NCBI GenBank assembly: GCA_010093995.1
Contig: ML992501.1
Coordinates: forward strand, 640,227 to 704,226
Direction of reading: 5' to 3'
DNA length: 64,000 nt
Origin: Elsinoe ampelina
Lineage: Eukaryota
Part shown: piece after piece, positions 49,130 through 59,874 of the stretch
Layout: the number at the start of each line of letters is the position of its first letter
Position numbering within the stretch: the stretch's first letter is position 1
Notes under the pieces: generated by a model
What the model was told of the DNA's origin: nothing
The model's input: only the letters and a program-made list of their open reading frames with translations
The model's database searches: none
Program-made: the position numbers and the translations under genes

Positions 49130-50341
49130 ATGCGCTTCATCTCGCTTGCCCTGCTCCTTGTGAGCTCATACCTCGTGGCCGCAACATCCACCCACACATC
49201 CAATTGGGCTGTCCTTGTCTCTACCTCACGCTTCTGGTTCAACTACCGCCATCTCGCCAATGTCCTCTCCCTTTACCGCACCGTCAAACGCCTGGGTATT
49301 CCGGACAGTCAGATTATCTTGATGCTGCCGGATGACATGGCATGTAATCCCCGCAACACTTTTCCCGGCGCGGTTTTCAACGACAAGTCGCGCAATCTCG
49401 ACCTTTACGACGACAAGGAGGCGGAAGGTATCGGCGGCATAGAGGTCGACTACCGCGGACATGAAGTCACAGTCGAGAACTTCATTCGTTTGCTGACCGA
49501 TCGCTGGCCAGCTGACTACCCAAGGAGCAAGAGGCTGATGACGGACGAGAGGAGCAATATCTTGATCTACATGACTGGACACGGCGGGAACGAGTTCTTG
49601 AAGTTCCAAGACGCCGAGGAGATCAGCAGCTTCGATCTGGCGGACGCATTTGAGCAGATGTGGGAGAAGAAGAGATACAATGAGTTGCTGTTTATGATCG
49701 ACACTTGCCAGGCCAACACAATGTACGGCGCATTCTATACCCCGAACATTGTGGCTACCGGAAGCAGCGCATTACACCAGAGCAGCTACAGTCACCATGC
49801 GGATCAGGATGTCGGAGTGGCAGTCATTGACCGATGGACGTATTACAACCTGGAGTTTCTTGAGACTTTGGTCACGAGCACGAGCAGTAATGTCACCATC
49901 GGGGAGCTCTTCGACAGCTACGATCCAGTCAAGGTTCACAGCGATGCAGGAATTAGGTATGATCTCTTCAAGGGAGGAGAGCCGGAGGCAAGAAAGAGGA
50001 GGGTAGTCGATTTCTTCGGCAATGTACAAGGAGTCGAGGTTGACGGAGAAAAATCGAAAGATTCGCTGGCCGATCTAAAGAAGGATCTCGATGCATTGAG
50101 GAGGCTGGTGGAGAGGCAGCAGGAGGCTCTCAAGGACTTTCAGGATCCTGCCCCTGCGCCAGTCAAGGAAGATGCTCCAGCAAGCGAGTCGAACGTGGCC
50201 AAAACGGACGGTATAAAGGGATATCTCAAGGGCGCATTGACAACAGATGGCAAGTCAGAGTGGACTGCGCAAGCTCGAGGCATGGGCATTCTCGCAGGTG
50301 TGGTCACTCTGTGGGCGGCTGCCAGTATGCTGGATCGCTGA
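49130..50341 (+). CDS. GPI8: GPI-anchor transamidase catalytic subunit (C13 peptidase)
   Basis: Signal peptide, HTSNWAVLVSTSRFWFNYRH, YMTGHGG, FMIDTCQA, C-terminal hydrophobic segment. Confidence 0.97.
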   Translation: MRFISLALLLVSSYLVAATSTHTSNWAVLVSTSRFWFNYRHLANVLSLYRTVKRLGIPDSQIILMLPDDMACNPRNTFPGAVFNDKSRNLDLYDDKEAEGIGGIEVDYRGHEVTVENFIRLLTDRWPADYPRSKRLMTDERSNILIYMTGHGGNEFLKFQDAEEISSFDLADAFEQMWEKKRYNELLFMIDTCQANTMYGAFYTPNIVATGSSALHQSSYSHHADQDVGVAVIDRWTYYNLEFLETLVTSTSSNVTIGELFDSYDPVKVHSDAGIRYDLFKGGEPEARKRRVVDFFGNVQGVEVDGEKSKDSLADLKKDLDALRRLVERQQEALKDFQDPAPAPVKEDAPASESNVAKTDGIKGYLKGALTTDGKSEWTAQARGMGILAGVVTLWAAASMLDR

Positions 50342-50360
50342 AGTGTGCATTCGACAATTA

Positions 50361-51448
50361 TCAACCCGACTTGAATGTCTTCATCGCCCGGTCTACGCCG
50401 CTCAGCCAACGCATGACCTTCTGGGTACCGTACGGTAGCACTGAGAGCCACTCGATGCAGTCTGCGTAGAAGGGCAATGCGATCACTCCGCTCTGCCCAG
50501 CGTCGATCTTGGCCACGATCGCTTGAGCAAGATCGATTGGCTCTACGACCGGTCCCATGAAGCTGCTTGGTGTCTGCACACCTTTGAACAGTGGCGTTGA
50601 CAGCTGACCTGGCTTGACCAGTATCGTCTTGATCTGATCATGACCTGCGTCAGCAAGCTCGGAGCGCAGCGAAGTATGCATGGCGATCAGACCAGCTTTG
50701 GCAGCCGTGTAGTCCGACAATTGCGATGCACCAAGATCACCCAAGACCGACGCAACAGTCACCACGGTCCCGCTCTTCCTCTCAATCATCCGGGGCAAGA
50801 AGGCACGCAGCATGTAGAAATGCGACAAGAGATTGACCCGAAAGTTCTTCTCCAGCGCCTTGGACTCAACCTCCAACAACGTCTTCCCATTAACAATCCC
50901 GGCATTGTTGATGAGCACAGTCGGCGGTCCCAGCTATGATCATCAGCCACACTCCCTCCACAATCACAATAGAATTGAAATCCACTACGTACATCCTTCT
51001 CCACCCGTGCCCTGACCTCTCTGACCGCCTCTTCGTCCCCCACATCCACCCTATAAAACCTCACTCCTCCATCCTTCTCCCCCTCCCCGCCCTCGTAGAA
51101 CGGCCTCACATCCAGCACCGCAACCCCCACCCCTCGCATCGCGTACGTATCCGCTATCACTCTCCCCAACCCACTGCTCCCCCCTGTTATGAGCACGACT
51201 TCTTCCTCCCAGTCCACCTCGCGGGGTGAGCCCCATGCGATGCGCTGGTCGATGCGCCAGAGGAAGTAGAGGAGGAGGGAGAAGAGGAAGAAGCCGAGGG
51301 AAAAGGTGTCGAGCGGGGACCAGGTGTAGCCGAGAGCGAGGCGGGAGAGGGTGAGTGACAGGGCGAGGAAGGGGAGTTGGCGCGATTCGCGGGCGAGGAA
51401 GTCGATGCTTAGGAGAGGGGGGTAGGTTGGGCGGCGGGTGGGGGGCAT
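50361..51448 (-). CDS. Membrane-anchored short-chain dehydrogenase/reductase (Tda5/RDH-like), one intron ~50935-50990
   Basis: ITGGSSGLG, INNAG, catalytic YTAAK; N-terminal hydrophobic segments. Confidence 0.9.
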
Positions 51449-51647
51449 TGTGGTTGTTGAGGGAGAGGGAGGGAGGAGGTGGTCGTGAGGGTGGAGATAT
51501 TGGTTGCTTCGGTCTGAAGTTGGAAAAAGGTGGGGCATTCTGAGCATCGGTTTGGGATGCTGCATTTCGGCTGGGAAGGGACTTCGTGCTAGCGACCATT
51601 GCATTAATTATTCTTTTGTGTGAGCTTGAGGTGTAGTGGACGGGCAC

Positions 51648-52358
51648 ATGTCGGCGAGCGTCGATACAATACTGCAGCATGAGAAAGTACCAGATCCGAC
51701 GATAGTCACGCCACGACTGAGGCTGCGACCTCCTCGGCCTGATGATCTGGATTTCATGCACTGGCTGCACTTGTCACAGGAGGCGACGAGATGGACGTGA
51801 GTACTCTTCTTGTCGACCAGTCTCTGCCGGATATGGTCGGGATACAATTGAAGCCATGCAAACATTCTTCGTGCCTATTCCGATGCCTCTTTCACGCGCG
51901 TACTTTGGACACCTCCACAAGTCTGAACATCACACAGGCCCTCAATCCGCTCCAAATCCCTCCCAGACACAGAGAAGCGTCTAGCAATGATGCTATCCGA
52001 ACACCCGCCCCTAGTCCACATGCTGGTAGTCGAGCTCCTCCCGACCACCGACCGTCCTGAGCCCTTCCCTATAGGCACCGCTGGTTCCTTCCGCCCCGCC
52101 GAGCTGGGATATGGCTTCCATCAGGACTACTTTGGCAAAGGCTACGGGACCGAAGCGGCGCTGGCTTATTGTCATTGGTTCAGAGCACAGTACCCTGGCG
52201 AAAGGATGATTGGGAAGACGTTTCCCGAGAATTTGGCGAGTGTGAGGGTGTTGGAGAAGTGTGGGTTTACTGCAGCGAGGGAAGGAGAGAGGGAGGATTG
52301 GCCGTTGGATCAAGGGGGAGGGGGGACTTGGATTGATAGGACTGGTGATGTGAAGTGA
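51648..52358 (+). CDS. GNAT acetyltransferase (RimJ/RimL-like), intron 51797-51937
   Basis: TPRLRLRP in exon 1; GTGAGT..CAG intron joins in frame to ELGYGF..YFGKGYGTEA..ENLASVRVLEKCGF. Confidence 0.88.
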
Positions 52359-52717
52359 GGTGTGTTACGAGTGCTGTAGATGCAATGTCGGCTTCGTTGC
52401 TGCACAGGTGGTCGAAGCAACGGTGACAGGGCAATCAGCTTGATATGCGGCATTCTCTACGAAGTGATATGACCTGGTATTGTCGAGGACGACAATGCAT
52501 CGGGGGAAACAAGGTGGCTGGCAATGGGTGAGTCGATCTCTATTGTAGTCTTTCACCTGGCATGTGAAAGGCGGCCCGGTATATATCTCGTTTCACCTTC
52601 TTCCACTCTTCTTCTCCTTCACCTCACACGGACTCACACACTCTTTCACTCACTTCAAATCTCTCTATCGACACGCTGGGTCAATCATCTTCGTCGCGGA
52701 GATCGCGCAGTACAGCC

Positions 52718-54241
52718 ATGGATACAAACGCCACACCTCCCCAAGGTGGAATCCACCAGACTCCACCCAACTCGACCAGTATGGTGATGAGGAGAGGAGG
52801 TCAGGCACTAGTCCTCGACGCTCACATGGGTGGACCAGTTGCTGTGGACAAGTAAGTTCTCTCCAGACTCGTAATATCTTTTCACTGCTAACAAGTCAGC
52901 ACTACCGACACCGCTGTCGTCATTGAGGTGGAGCATGATTCCTTCAAGCTCTCCGCCCGCCTCCTCCGGGAATACTCAGCGCTCTTCGAACATCTTCTTT
53001 CGGACACCTGGAGGGAGCCTAAGAAAGCGCAGCAACCCATCAAGTTCCACAAGAGCAAGGCTGTGACCTTTGAGCTCTTCGCCGACTGGCTCAAACATGG
53101 CACTATCTTCATCTCCCCAGCGCGTAGTATTGTCAAGCTTCCCTACGTCTTGCTTTTCAATGCCGTCGTCTTGGGCCAGACCCTCAGCGCTCCGAAGTTC
53201 TGCAACTTCATCATGGATATCATTACTGCCAAGTTCGACGCTGGCCATGCCCCTGACAAGATTCTACCAAAGATCGCCTATGAGGGTACCCCACCTGGCT
53301 CTCCGCTGCGTCGCATCTTAATTGACGTCTACGCTTACCGCGGAGGTCACGTCTTTGTGTCGGATCCTGCTTGCCAGGTCTACATTCACAAGGAGTTCCT
53401 CACCGACCTGGTCTGCGCGCTCTACAACTTGCGCGATACCCAACATGCTACCCAGCCCTTCCCATTCAGTCTGCAGACTGCAGGTTGCAAGTACCACAAC
53501 CACGGTCTGCATGGAAGTGGAGACTGTATAGGCCCGAAGCTGCCCGACGCCAGCGAGACCGAGGACCATCCCATCACCGATGCCCCTCCAGCGACCTTGC
53601 TGCCAGGTCTCACCGATGCCGCCGAGGCTGTCATCACGCCCACCATGAGCTGCCATGCCTCCGACACCAATAATCCTGGCACTGGGAACTACGTTCGCGT
53701 CACCAACGGATCATATGGTCTTATCGAAGAGGTCCCAGACGACTATGTCCCCCGCCGTATCAATCGTCCACCCGTTGAGCGAGACTTGACTCCATTCGAC
53801 TCCTTGACTCCGATTACGTCCCGCCGCTATAACAAGGATGCCGCAAACAACACTCGCGACTCCGGCATGGGTGAGTCTTTCATCAGCAGCATCGCTCCTC
53901 AGGACATGGGGCTTACTCCGGCACGCAACAACTCCGCATCTCCTTGCCCCGCTCCTACCAATGCTGCTGCTGCTGCCACCCTTGGCGCACCGCAGGACAC
54001 TCCCCAGGAGCACCTTCCGCCTCCTACTATCAAGCGTGAGCGCGACGCTGAGGGCGACACCGAAGACCCCACCAACACCCCCGGCGGCGTGTCTCTCAAG
54101 AAGAAAGCCAAGAAGCGTCTCACCCCTGCTGAGAAGGAGGAGAAGAAGCGCCTTCAGGAGCTGAGGCTCAAGCGCATGGAGGAACTCAAAGCTCAGGGCG
54201 GAGCGTCCCTCGATCAGCCGTTCGCGCTGGACGACGACTAG
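52718..54241 (+). CDS. BTB/POZ-domain protein with disordered basic C-terminus, intron ~52851-52899
   Basis: LLREYSALF, FELFADWL, SPLRRILIDVY, CKYHNH; GTAAGT..GCTAAC..CAG intron. Confidence 0.8.
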
Positions 54242-54895
54242 TCACGGCCACGGCCCCCTCCCTCAAGCTCACCACGCCCGCCTCCGCATCACCATTCGTT
54301 GCTTTCAACCATGCATTTCGATACCACCAGCACTTTTCTTTTCATTCCACATTTCAAGCTCGACGTTGAGAGCAGCACTTTGCGACATACCCCCACGACC
54401 GGCCTGATCATCACCATCAGCCAACCGTAACTGCGTACAAGAGTTGACGCCTAGACGAAAGGCCTCTCGACTTGTCTGGATTGCCTTCAATGCTTTTACT
54501 GTTTCTGCTTCTTTGCTTTTCTCGCTTTCTCATCTTAACTCCCACTCGCGCACAAAATACAAAAACAAGCTGTTTTTCGGACGGACACACTCAATTCACA
54601 AAGCGCAGAGAGGATGGATGATCAAAAGTACCATAGTACACTGCCTCTCCGGAGGGCCAATAGCTAAAAGTTCTTGCTTTTAATACAATACATGCATTCG
54701 TCACTACCTACCCTTGTCTTCAGGTGCTTTCGTATGCATAAATCCTCAGTCATGGACTGCCTGAACCGGCGTCCACTACACGGACCGCGTTACTCCAATC
54801 CAGCAGACCCCCTCCCCCTCCCCATCCCGCACCGCAACCCGCCCCCACCCCCCCTTCCTTCCCACTCTCACCCACCGCCCCTCAGCAACACCACC

Positions 54896-56314
54896 CTACC
54901 TCGCCGCCGACCTCGCAAGATACACCCCGGCCGCCTCCCTCACACCTTCAGTACCCCACACGCCCCCCTCGCCTCCTTTCCGCATACTCTTCGGCAACGG
55001 GGCATCCTCGCCGTGACCCCTCCCTCCTTCGGCCAGGAAAATCTCCAGGTCGCGCTTCTGGCTGCCCACCCAGCGCCGCACGAAACGCACCGGGTCCTCG
55101 CTGAGCGAGGTCAGGAATTTGTGTTTCTGCGTTGCGCGCGAAATGGCTTGCACAATGACCGCGATGTCGGCGTCCATGTCCTGGATCTCGCGCAGTTTCG
55201 CGATGTGGGTCGTGTCGGTGGCGAGTTTCTTGATGGCGGCGTCGAGCGGGGAGGGGAGCGGGACGAGCACGTCGTAGATTGTTTGTGCCGAGGGGAGGGA
55301 GGTGGCAGGGGAGAGGTAGTCTTTGTCGAGACGGACGGTGTAGGGGAGCTGGATGGGGGGCAGCTCCGTGAGGTGTCCTTGGGTGAGGATTATTTCGCGG
55401 AGTTGAGGGAAGGTGAGGACTTCGAGGCCGAAGATGCTGCGGAGGGAGTCGTCGCAGATGAAGCGCCGGTGTTCGTCGTCTTCTTGGAGTTGGTGGTGGC
55501 GGACGTAGTCCCAGATTGCGCCGAGGACGGTGGCGGTGTCGGCTTCGGTGAGGCAGAGGAGGGAGGCGAGGGGTGCGGAGAGTTTGTAGCGGGGTGGTTG
55601 GTGGTCGCGGAAGAGGGAGATTGTGATGTTGATTTCTTCGTCGCCTTTGCGGGTGAATTCGAGGGTGTCGAAGCTGGTCTCGGAGGATGAGGGCAGACGG
55701 GGCTTGTTGGGGTCGCTAGGGTGAGATGGTCGTTTCCATTCTATGGTTGATACGCCGTCTGATTGTAATGAAGCTGGTCGGTCAAAGTCGATCTTGATAG
55801 CGCGGAAAAAGTCTGAGAAGCGCGTCCGCGAGATCTTGTCCTTTGTCTTTGCCTCTGAGCTGTCATCCTCCATCGCATCGTCTTTCGTCTCCTCCTCAGT
55901 CGGGTTGTCCAGTAATCTGCCTTCAATCTTTACTCGATACGTCGCTTGGCTGTTGTCCGCCAGATCGAATGTGTCGTTGTCTTTGCTCTCCTCCATGATT
56001 TGCCACGGTTGCCCCTCGGCAGTGTTGCTGATCCACACGCGCAAGGTTCCTTCCGACTCTGTTCTCGATCGATACGGGTCTGTGAGGTCTAAACGCTTCT
56101 GCATCATTGTCGCATCCAGTCTTCGTTCCATCTCTCGCAGCTTCTTGTAGCGCTCGACACCATCGCCTATCGTACATTGCGCGACATCGTCGGGGATGTT
56201 CCTATCTGAGGGTCGTTGTAATATCCGCTGCTGTGTCTCTCGCTCTTTTCGCTTCACGGCTTCTTCTTGCTGCAGCCTTTGTCGAAGTGCTGCCTCGTTC
56301 GGTGGTTGCGCCAT
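54896..56314 (-). CDS. SNF12: SWI/SNF-RSC complex subunit (Snf12/Rsc6/Ssr3; SWIB domain)
   Basis: PSDRNIPD, ERRLDATMMQKRLD, LRVWISNT, IEGRLL, IWDYVRHHQLQE, SQKRDLE. Confidence 0.92.
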   Translation of the reverse strand: MAQPPNEAALRQRLQQEEAVKRKERETQQRILQRPSDRNIPDDVAQCTIGDGVERYKKLREMERRLDATMMQKRLDLTDPYRSRTESEGTLRVWISNTAEGQPWQIMEESKDNDTFDLADNSQATYRVKIEGRLLDNPTEEETKDDAMEDDSSEAKTKDKISRTRFSDFFRAIKIDFDRPASLQSDGVSTIEWKRPSHPSDPNKPRLPSSSETSFDTLEFTRKGDEEINITISLFRDHQPPRYKLSAPLASLLCLTEADTATVLGAIWDYVRHHQLQEDDEHRRFICDDSLRSIFGLEVLTFPQLREIILTQGHLTELPPIQLPYTVRLDKDYLSPATSLPSAQTIYDVLVPLPSPLDAAIKKLATDTTHIAKLREIQDMDADIAVIVQAISRATQKHKFLTSLSEDPVRFVRRWVGSQKRDLEIFLAEGGRGHGEDAPLPKSMRKGGEGGVWGTEGVREAAGVYLARSAAR

Positions 56315-56804
56315 AGGATGTCCATAGCCTGCCGAGTGTTAGCTTTGGTACGATACGTGGACGAAAGCGACCGCAACGACTTCAAAAAGCCATTGTCGGA
56401 TCGCTTTCTTCAGACTTACCAGGATTGCGCCCACCGCGCTGCTGCGCGTAGCTACGCGATTGCTGCATTCTGGAGTCGATATCCGGTCGTAGGCAGGTCG
56501 CAAGAAAGTTGTGAGCGTGATTGTAGCGAAGACTATGAAGAATCGGTGTTTCGGATGCGGCGATGGTAACGCAGCCCAAATGCAATTGATGAAGCTGGAC
56601 GACCTCGCGGTATGCTTAGGGTTAGGGTCCAATCCGACCGCATATGCTCCGCCAGGAGGACGACGGCTTGCATATTTGTCGTGTTACATTCGCCGCATTT
56701 CTGGAGACGATTCTAGTTCCGAAAACCGGCCAGCGAACTCAGGAGCCCGCACGGTCGAACGTGAGATTCGCCAGATTTGTGATTCTCATCCCAGTCTGCC
56801 ACTC

Positions 56805-58217
56805 ATGACGGCACAGGTCGACGCCGACGGTTCGGGCGGCAATGGTCAAATTGAACAAATCATCCGGTGTCGACTTGGCGCTTCCGAAGGAGATCATCCG
56901 GTCGACATCAAGTTCGAAGCTGGATGCATCGCAGATATAGCCTTACATTCCACGGGGACATCACAGGAGCACCCGACAAGCCAGCATGCGCAAACCCGTT
57001 ACCTTGACGCAAACAATCGACTATTGGCTCCATCCCTATGCCATCCACATGTGCACTTGGACAAGGCATTCATCCTTGGTCATCCAAAGTATAGTCATCT
57101 GCGAGTCAAGGATGGCACGTTTGACGAAGCAATGAAACAAACCAGTGAGGCAAAGAAGATGTTTGAATTGGAAGATCTCCTCACTCGAGGACGGAGATTG
57201 ATGAAAGAGAGTATTCGAGCTGGCGTCTCACATATGCGTGCGTTTGTGGAGGTAGATGAGATCGTCGGATTGAAGTGCTTAGAAGCAGGCACGACCTTGA
57301 AGCAAGAGTTTGCGGATCGTTGTCATGTACAACTATGCGCATTTGCCCAATTGCCTCTAAAGCCAAACGATCCTGCTGGAGACAAGATTCGCCAGCTGAT
57401 GATGCAGGCACTCTTGCCAGAGCACCATGTCGATGCTATTGGCTCAACTCCATACGTGGAGACCGACGTGAATGGGCAGCAGGCAAACATTGAATGGCTT
57501 GTTGACCTGGCTGTGAAATATGACAAGCACTTGGATTTTCACCTGGACTATAGCGTAGATCAAGGGAGCCCAGCCATGGTTCACCACCTCCTGCAGGTCC
57601 TGAAAGACCGTGATTGGACCTCGAAGTCGAACAAATGCATCACATTAGGGCATTGCACGAGACTAATTTTCTATTCGGACAAAGATATCCACCAGTTACG
57701 CACCGAGATCGGCGATCTCCCAGTGTCCTTCGTCGGGCTGCCCACCTCAGACTTGTACATGATGAAGACTGATCCGTCTCTCCGACTACATCAAAGCGAG
57801 CTTCGGACTACGCTTAATGTACCAAAGCTGATCAAGGACTTTGGAATCAATGCTGCAATCGGTATAAACAACATTGGCAACGCATTCACACCTTACGGCA
57901 GTTGCGATCCCCTTTTCTTGGCCAGCATTGCCACAGGCATCTATCAAACCGGCACCGAACAGGATGCGAGGCTGCTCTACGAATGTGTGTCGAGTCGAGC
58001 GAAAGCTGCGATAGGGCTTGGAGACAAGGCAGACCGCAGCTCCTATACATGCACCCTCCAGCATGGAGACGAGGCTAATTTTGTGCTGTTCCCAGCAGCA
58101 CCAGGAGATTTCGGGAGCGAGCAGAGTATCGAGGGTCAGATCTATTACTACAACCAAGACGGCAGACAGGTCTTCTACCGCGGTCAACTGATTACGCAGA
58201 TAGATCCATTGCATTGA
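56805..58217 (+). CDS. Metal-dependent amidohydrolase (cytosine deaminase-like)
   Basis: PSLCHPHVHLDKA, DFHLDY, TLGHCT, NNIGNAFTPYGSCDP; first plausible ATG at 56805. Confidence 0.88.
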   Translation: MTAQVDADGSGGNGQIEQIIRCRLGASEGDHPVDIKFEAGCIADIALHSTGTSQEHPTSQHAQTRYLDANNRLLAPSLCHPHVHLDKAFILGHPKYSHLRVKDGTFDEAMKQTSEAKKMFELEDLLTRGRRLMKESIRAGVSHMRAFVEVDEIVGLKCLEAGTTLKQEFADRCHVQLCAFAQLPLKPNDPAGDKIRQLMMQALLPEHHVDAIGSTPYVETDVNGQQANIEWLVDLAVKYDKHLDFHLDYSVDQGSPAMVHHLLQVLKDRDWTSKSNKCITLGHCTRLIFYSDKDIHQLRTEIGDLPVSFVGLPTSDLYMMKTDPSLRLHQSELRTTLNVPKLIKDFGINAAIGINNIGNAFTPYGSCDPLFLASIATGIYQTGTEQDARLLYECVSSRAKAAIGLGDKADRSSYTCTLQHGDEANFVLFPAAPGDFGSEQSIEGQIYYYNQDGRQVFYRGQLITQIDPLH

Positions 58218-58861
58218 CACCGTTCCATGGTACCACAAGGTCTAGTACACCTTCTCTTAATGTATAAAGCGAATCAATGTTCGCGTCTGTCAATCTGCTG
58301 CAGGTAATGTAATTCCATTATCTCCTATATCTAATGATGCTCCCGTGGCTACCACGAAGCCAAAGGACGACAGTGGCAACATGATATTCCACCGGCCTGC
58401 CAACACCGATTATACAGTGATAGTATTTTTCGATAATTGTCTATCACGGCGGTTTGATGTTGATCTAATCATTCTGAATTGCTTCGATGATTGTTTTTGC
58501 TGTAGAGGATCTGCGGCCACAATAGGCTGGCATGTCGCTATGGGCAACTTTTCAGCATCACTGTCACATGTCAGAACCACGACAATGAGCTCGTGACGTG
58601 TCACACTGCCAATGGTTAGGTAAAATTGCACGTAAAATCCTGCTTGCAAGCTCGTCGATACGCACACTCGATATCAGAATTTTGCAGAGCTTCAAGCTTC
58701 ATCCAGCTACCAGCGAGCACCTACCAGATACACAAGAACCACCACAATTCAACACTCTCAAACGCATCCAAGAACTACTGACTACCCTCCAGATCACCCT
58801 GACTTACCAACTGCTCGATCGCTGCTTGCTGCGCTCGCTACTGACTTTGCTTGCTTTAAAC

Positions 58862-59811
58862 ATGTCGCACACCAGTGAGACTAACAGCACAACCAGAGAC
58901 AATGTATCCTTTCCTACCAGCATAGACGACCATCACGACGAGCTCATGGCATCTCTTTCGGCCGACACAATCATATTCGGCACTCGCCGTATTCGCACTC
59001 CTGCCACTCTCCCTGCCTTTGCGACCGTCCGTGGCACCCTCACTTCTCACCACGCCACGCCATCCTTCCCGCATGCTGCCGCAACGACCCCATACCAGCT
59101 CGATACTGCCAGAGACCTGTCCGCCGTCTCACCCGAGCTTCACTCAGAGCTCACAGCAAGCCTGGCAGCCGACACAATCGTGCTTGCCACCCCTAGTAGG
59201 CGGCAGCAAGGTACTACCAGACTGGCTTACCATATATGACCTCGGCTAACAATGGCACAGCTCCCAGCATCCCGGCGGCACCCCCCCTCGCCTCTCCTCT
59301 GCGCCCAGCGCACACCTGGCTGGAGGGCGTCCGCCAATACTCCGCCCCCTGCCACCGCCAGGTGGAGGGCCACCTCCGGGCGCACGAGGAGGGGCAGGTC
59401 ACAGCCCACCAATTCGTCGCCCGCATCTTCCTCTCTCTGCGGCACCACGGGCTCCTCCGCCTGTTCCCGGCCTTCGCCAACAACTTCCTCCCCCCGGAGT
59501 GGAGGTCGAGCGGCGAGCTTCACCGCATCCTCTCCGCGGGGCGCCGTCGTGGCCCTCCGCCGGGGGAACTCGTCGCTCGTCTCCCTCCGGGCGTTGGGCA
59601 CCGTCTCTTGGCCCAACGCGCCGTGGCTGGTCCGGCGGTGTTTCGTACACCGCGCTTCGGGCCGTACGGTGGTGGGGGACCGGGGCGGGTGGGGGGCGAT
59701 GAGGCGGAGCTGGAGTGGGTGCTGAACTGGGTGGCACCGGTGCCGGTCGTCGATCCGGGGGCTGTGAGGCGGGTGTGGTGGGATATGCGGCGGCGCTTGT
59801 TGGGGTTTTGA
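58862..59811 (+). CDS. Hypothetical protein with internal repeat and a PAH-like helical domain, intron 59211-59260
   Basis: GTACTA..GCTAAC..CAG intron fuses ORFs 58598-59239 and 59236-59811 in frame. Confidence 0.65.
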
Positions 59812-59874
59812 GGGGGGCGAGGGAGTGGGGAGAGGTATGAGGGAGAAGGGGTGGTAGTTCTTGTATTTGTACGA

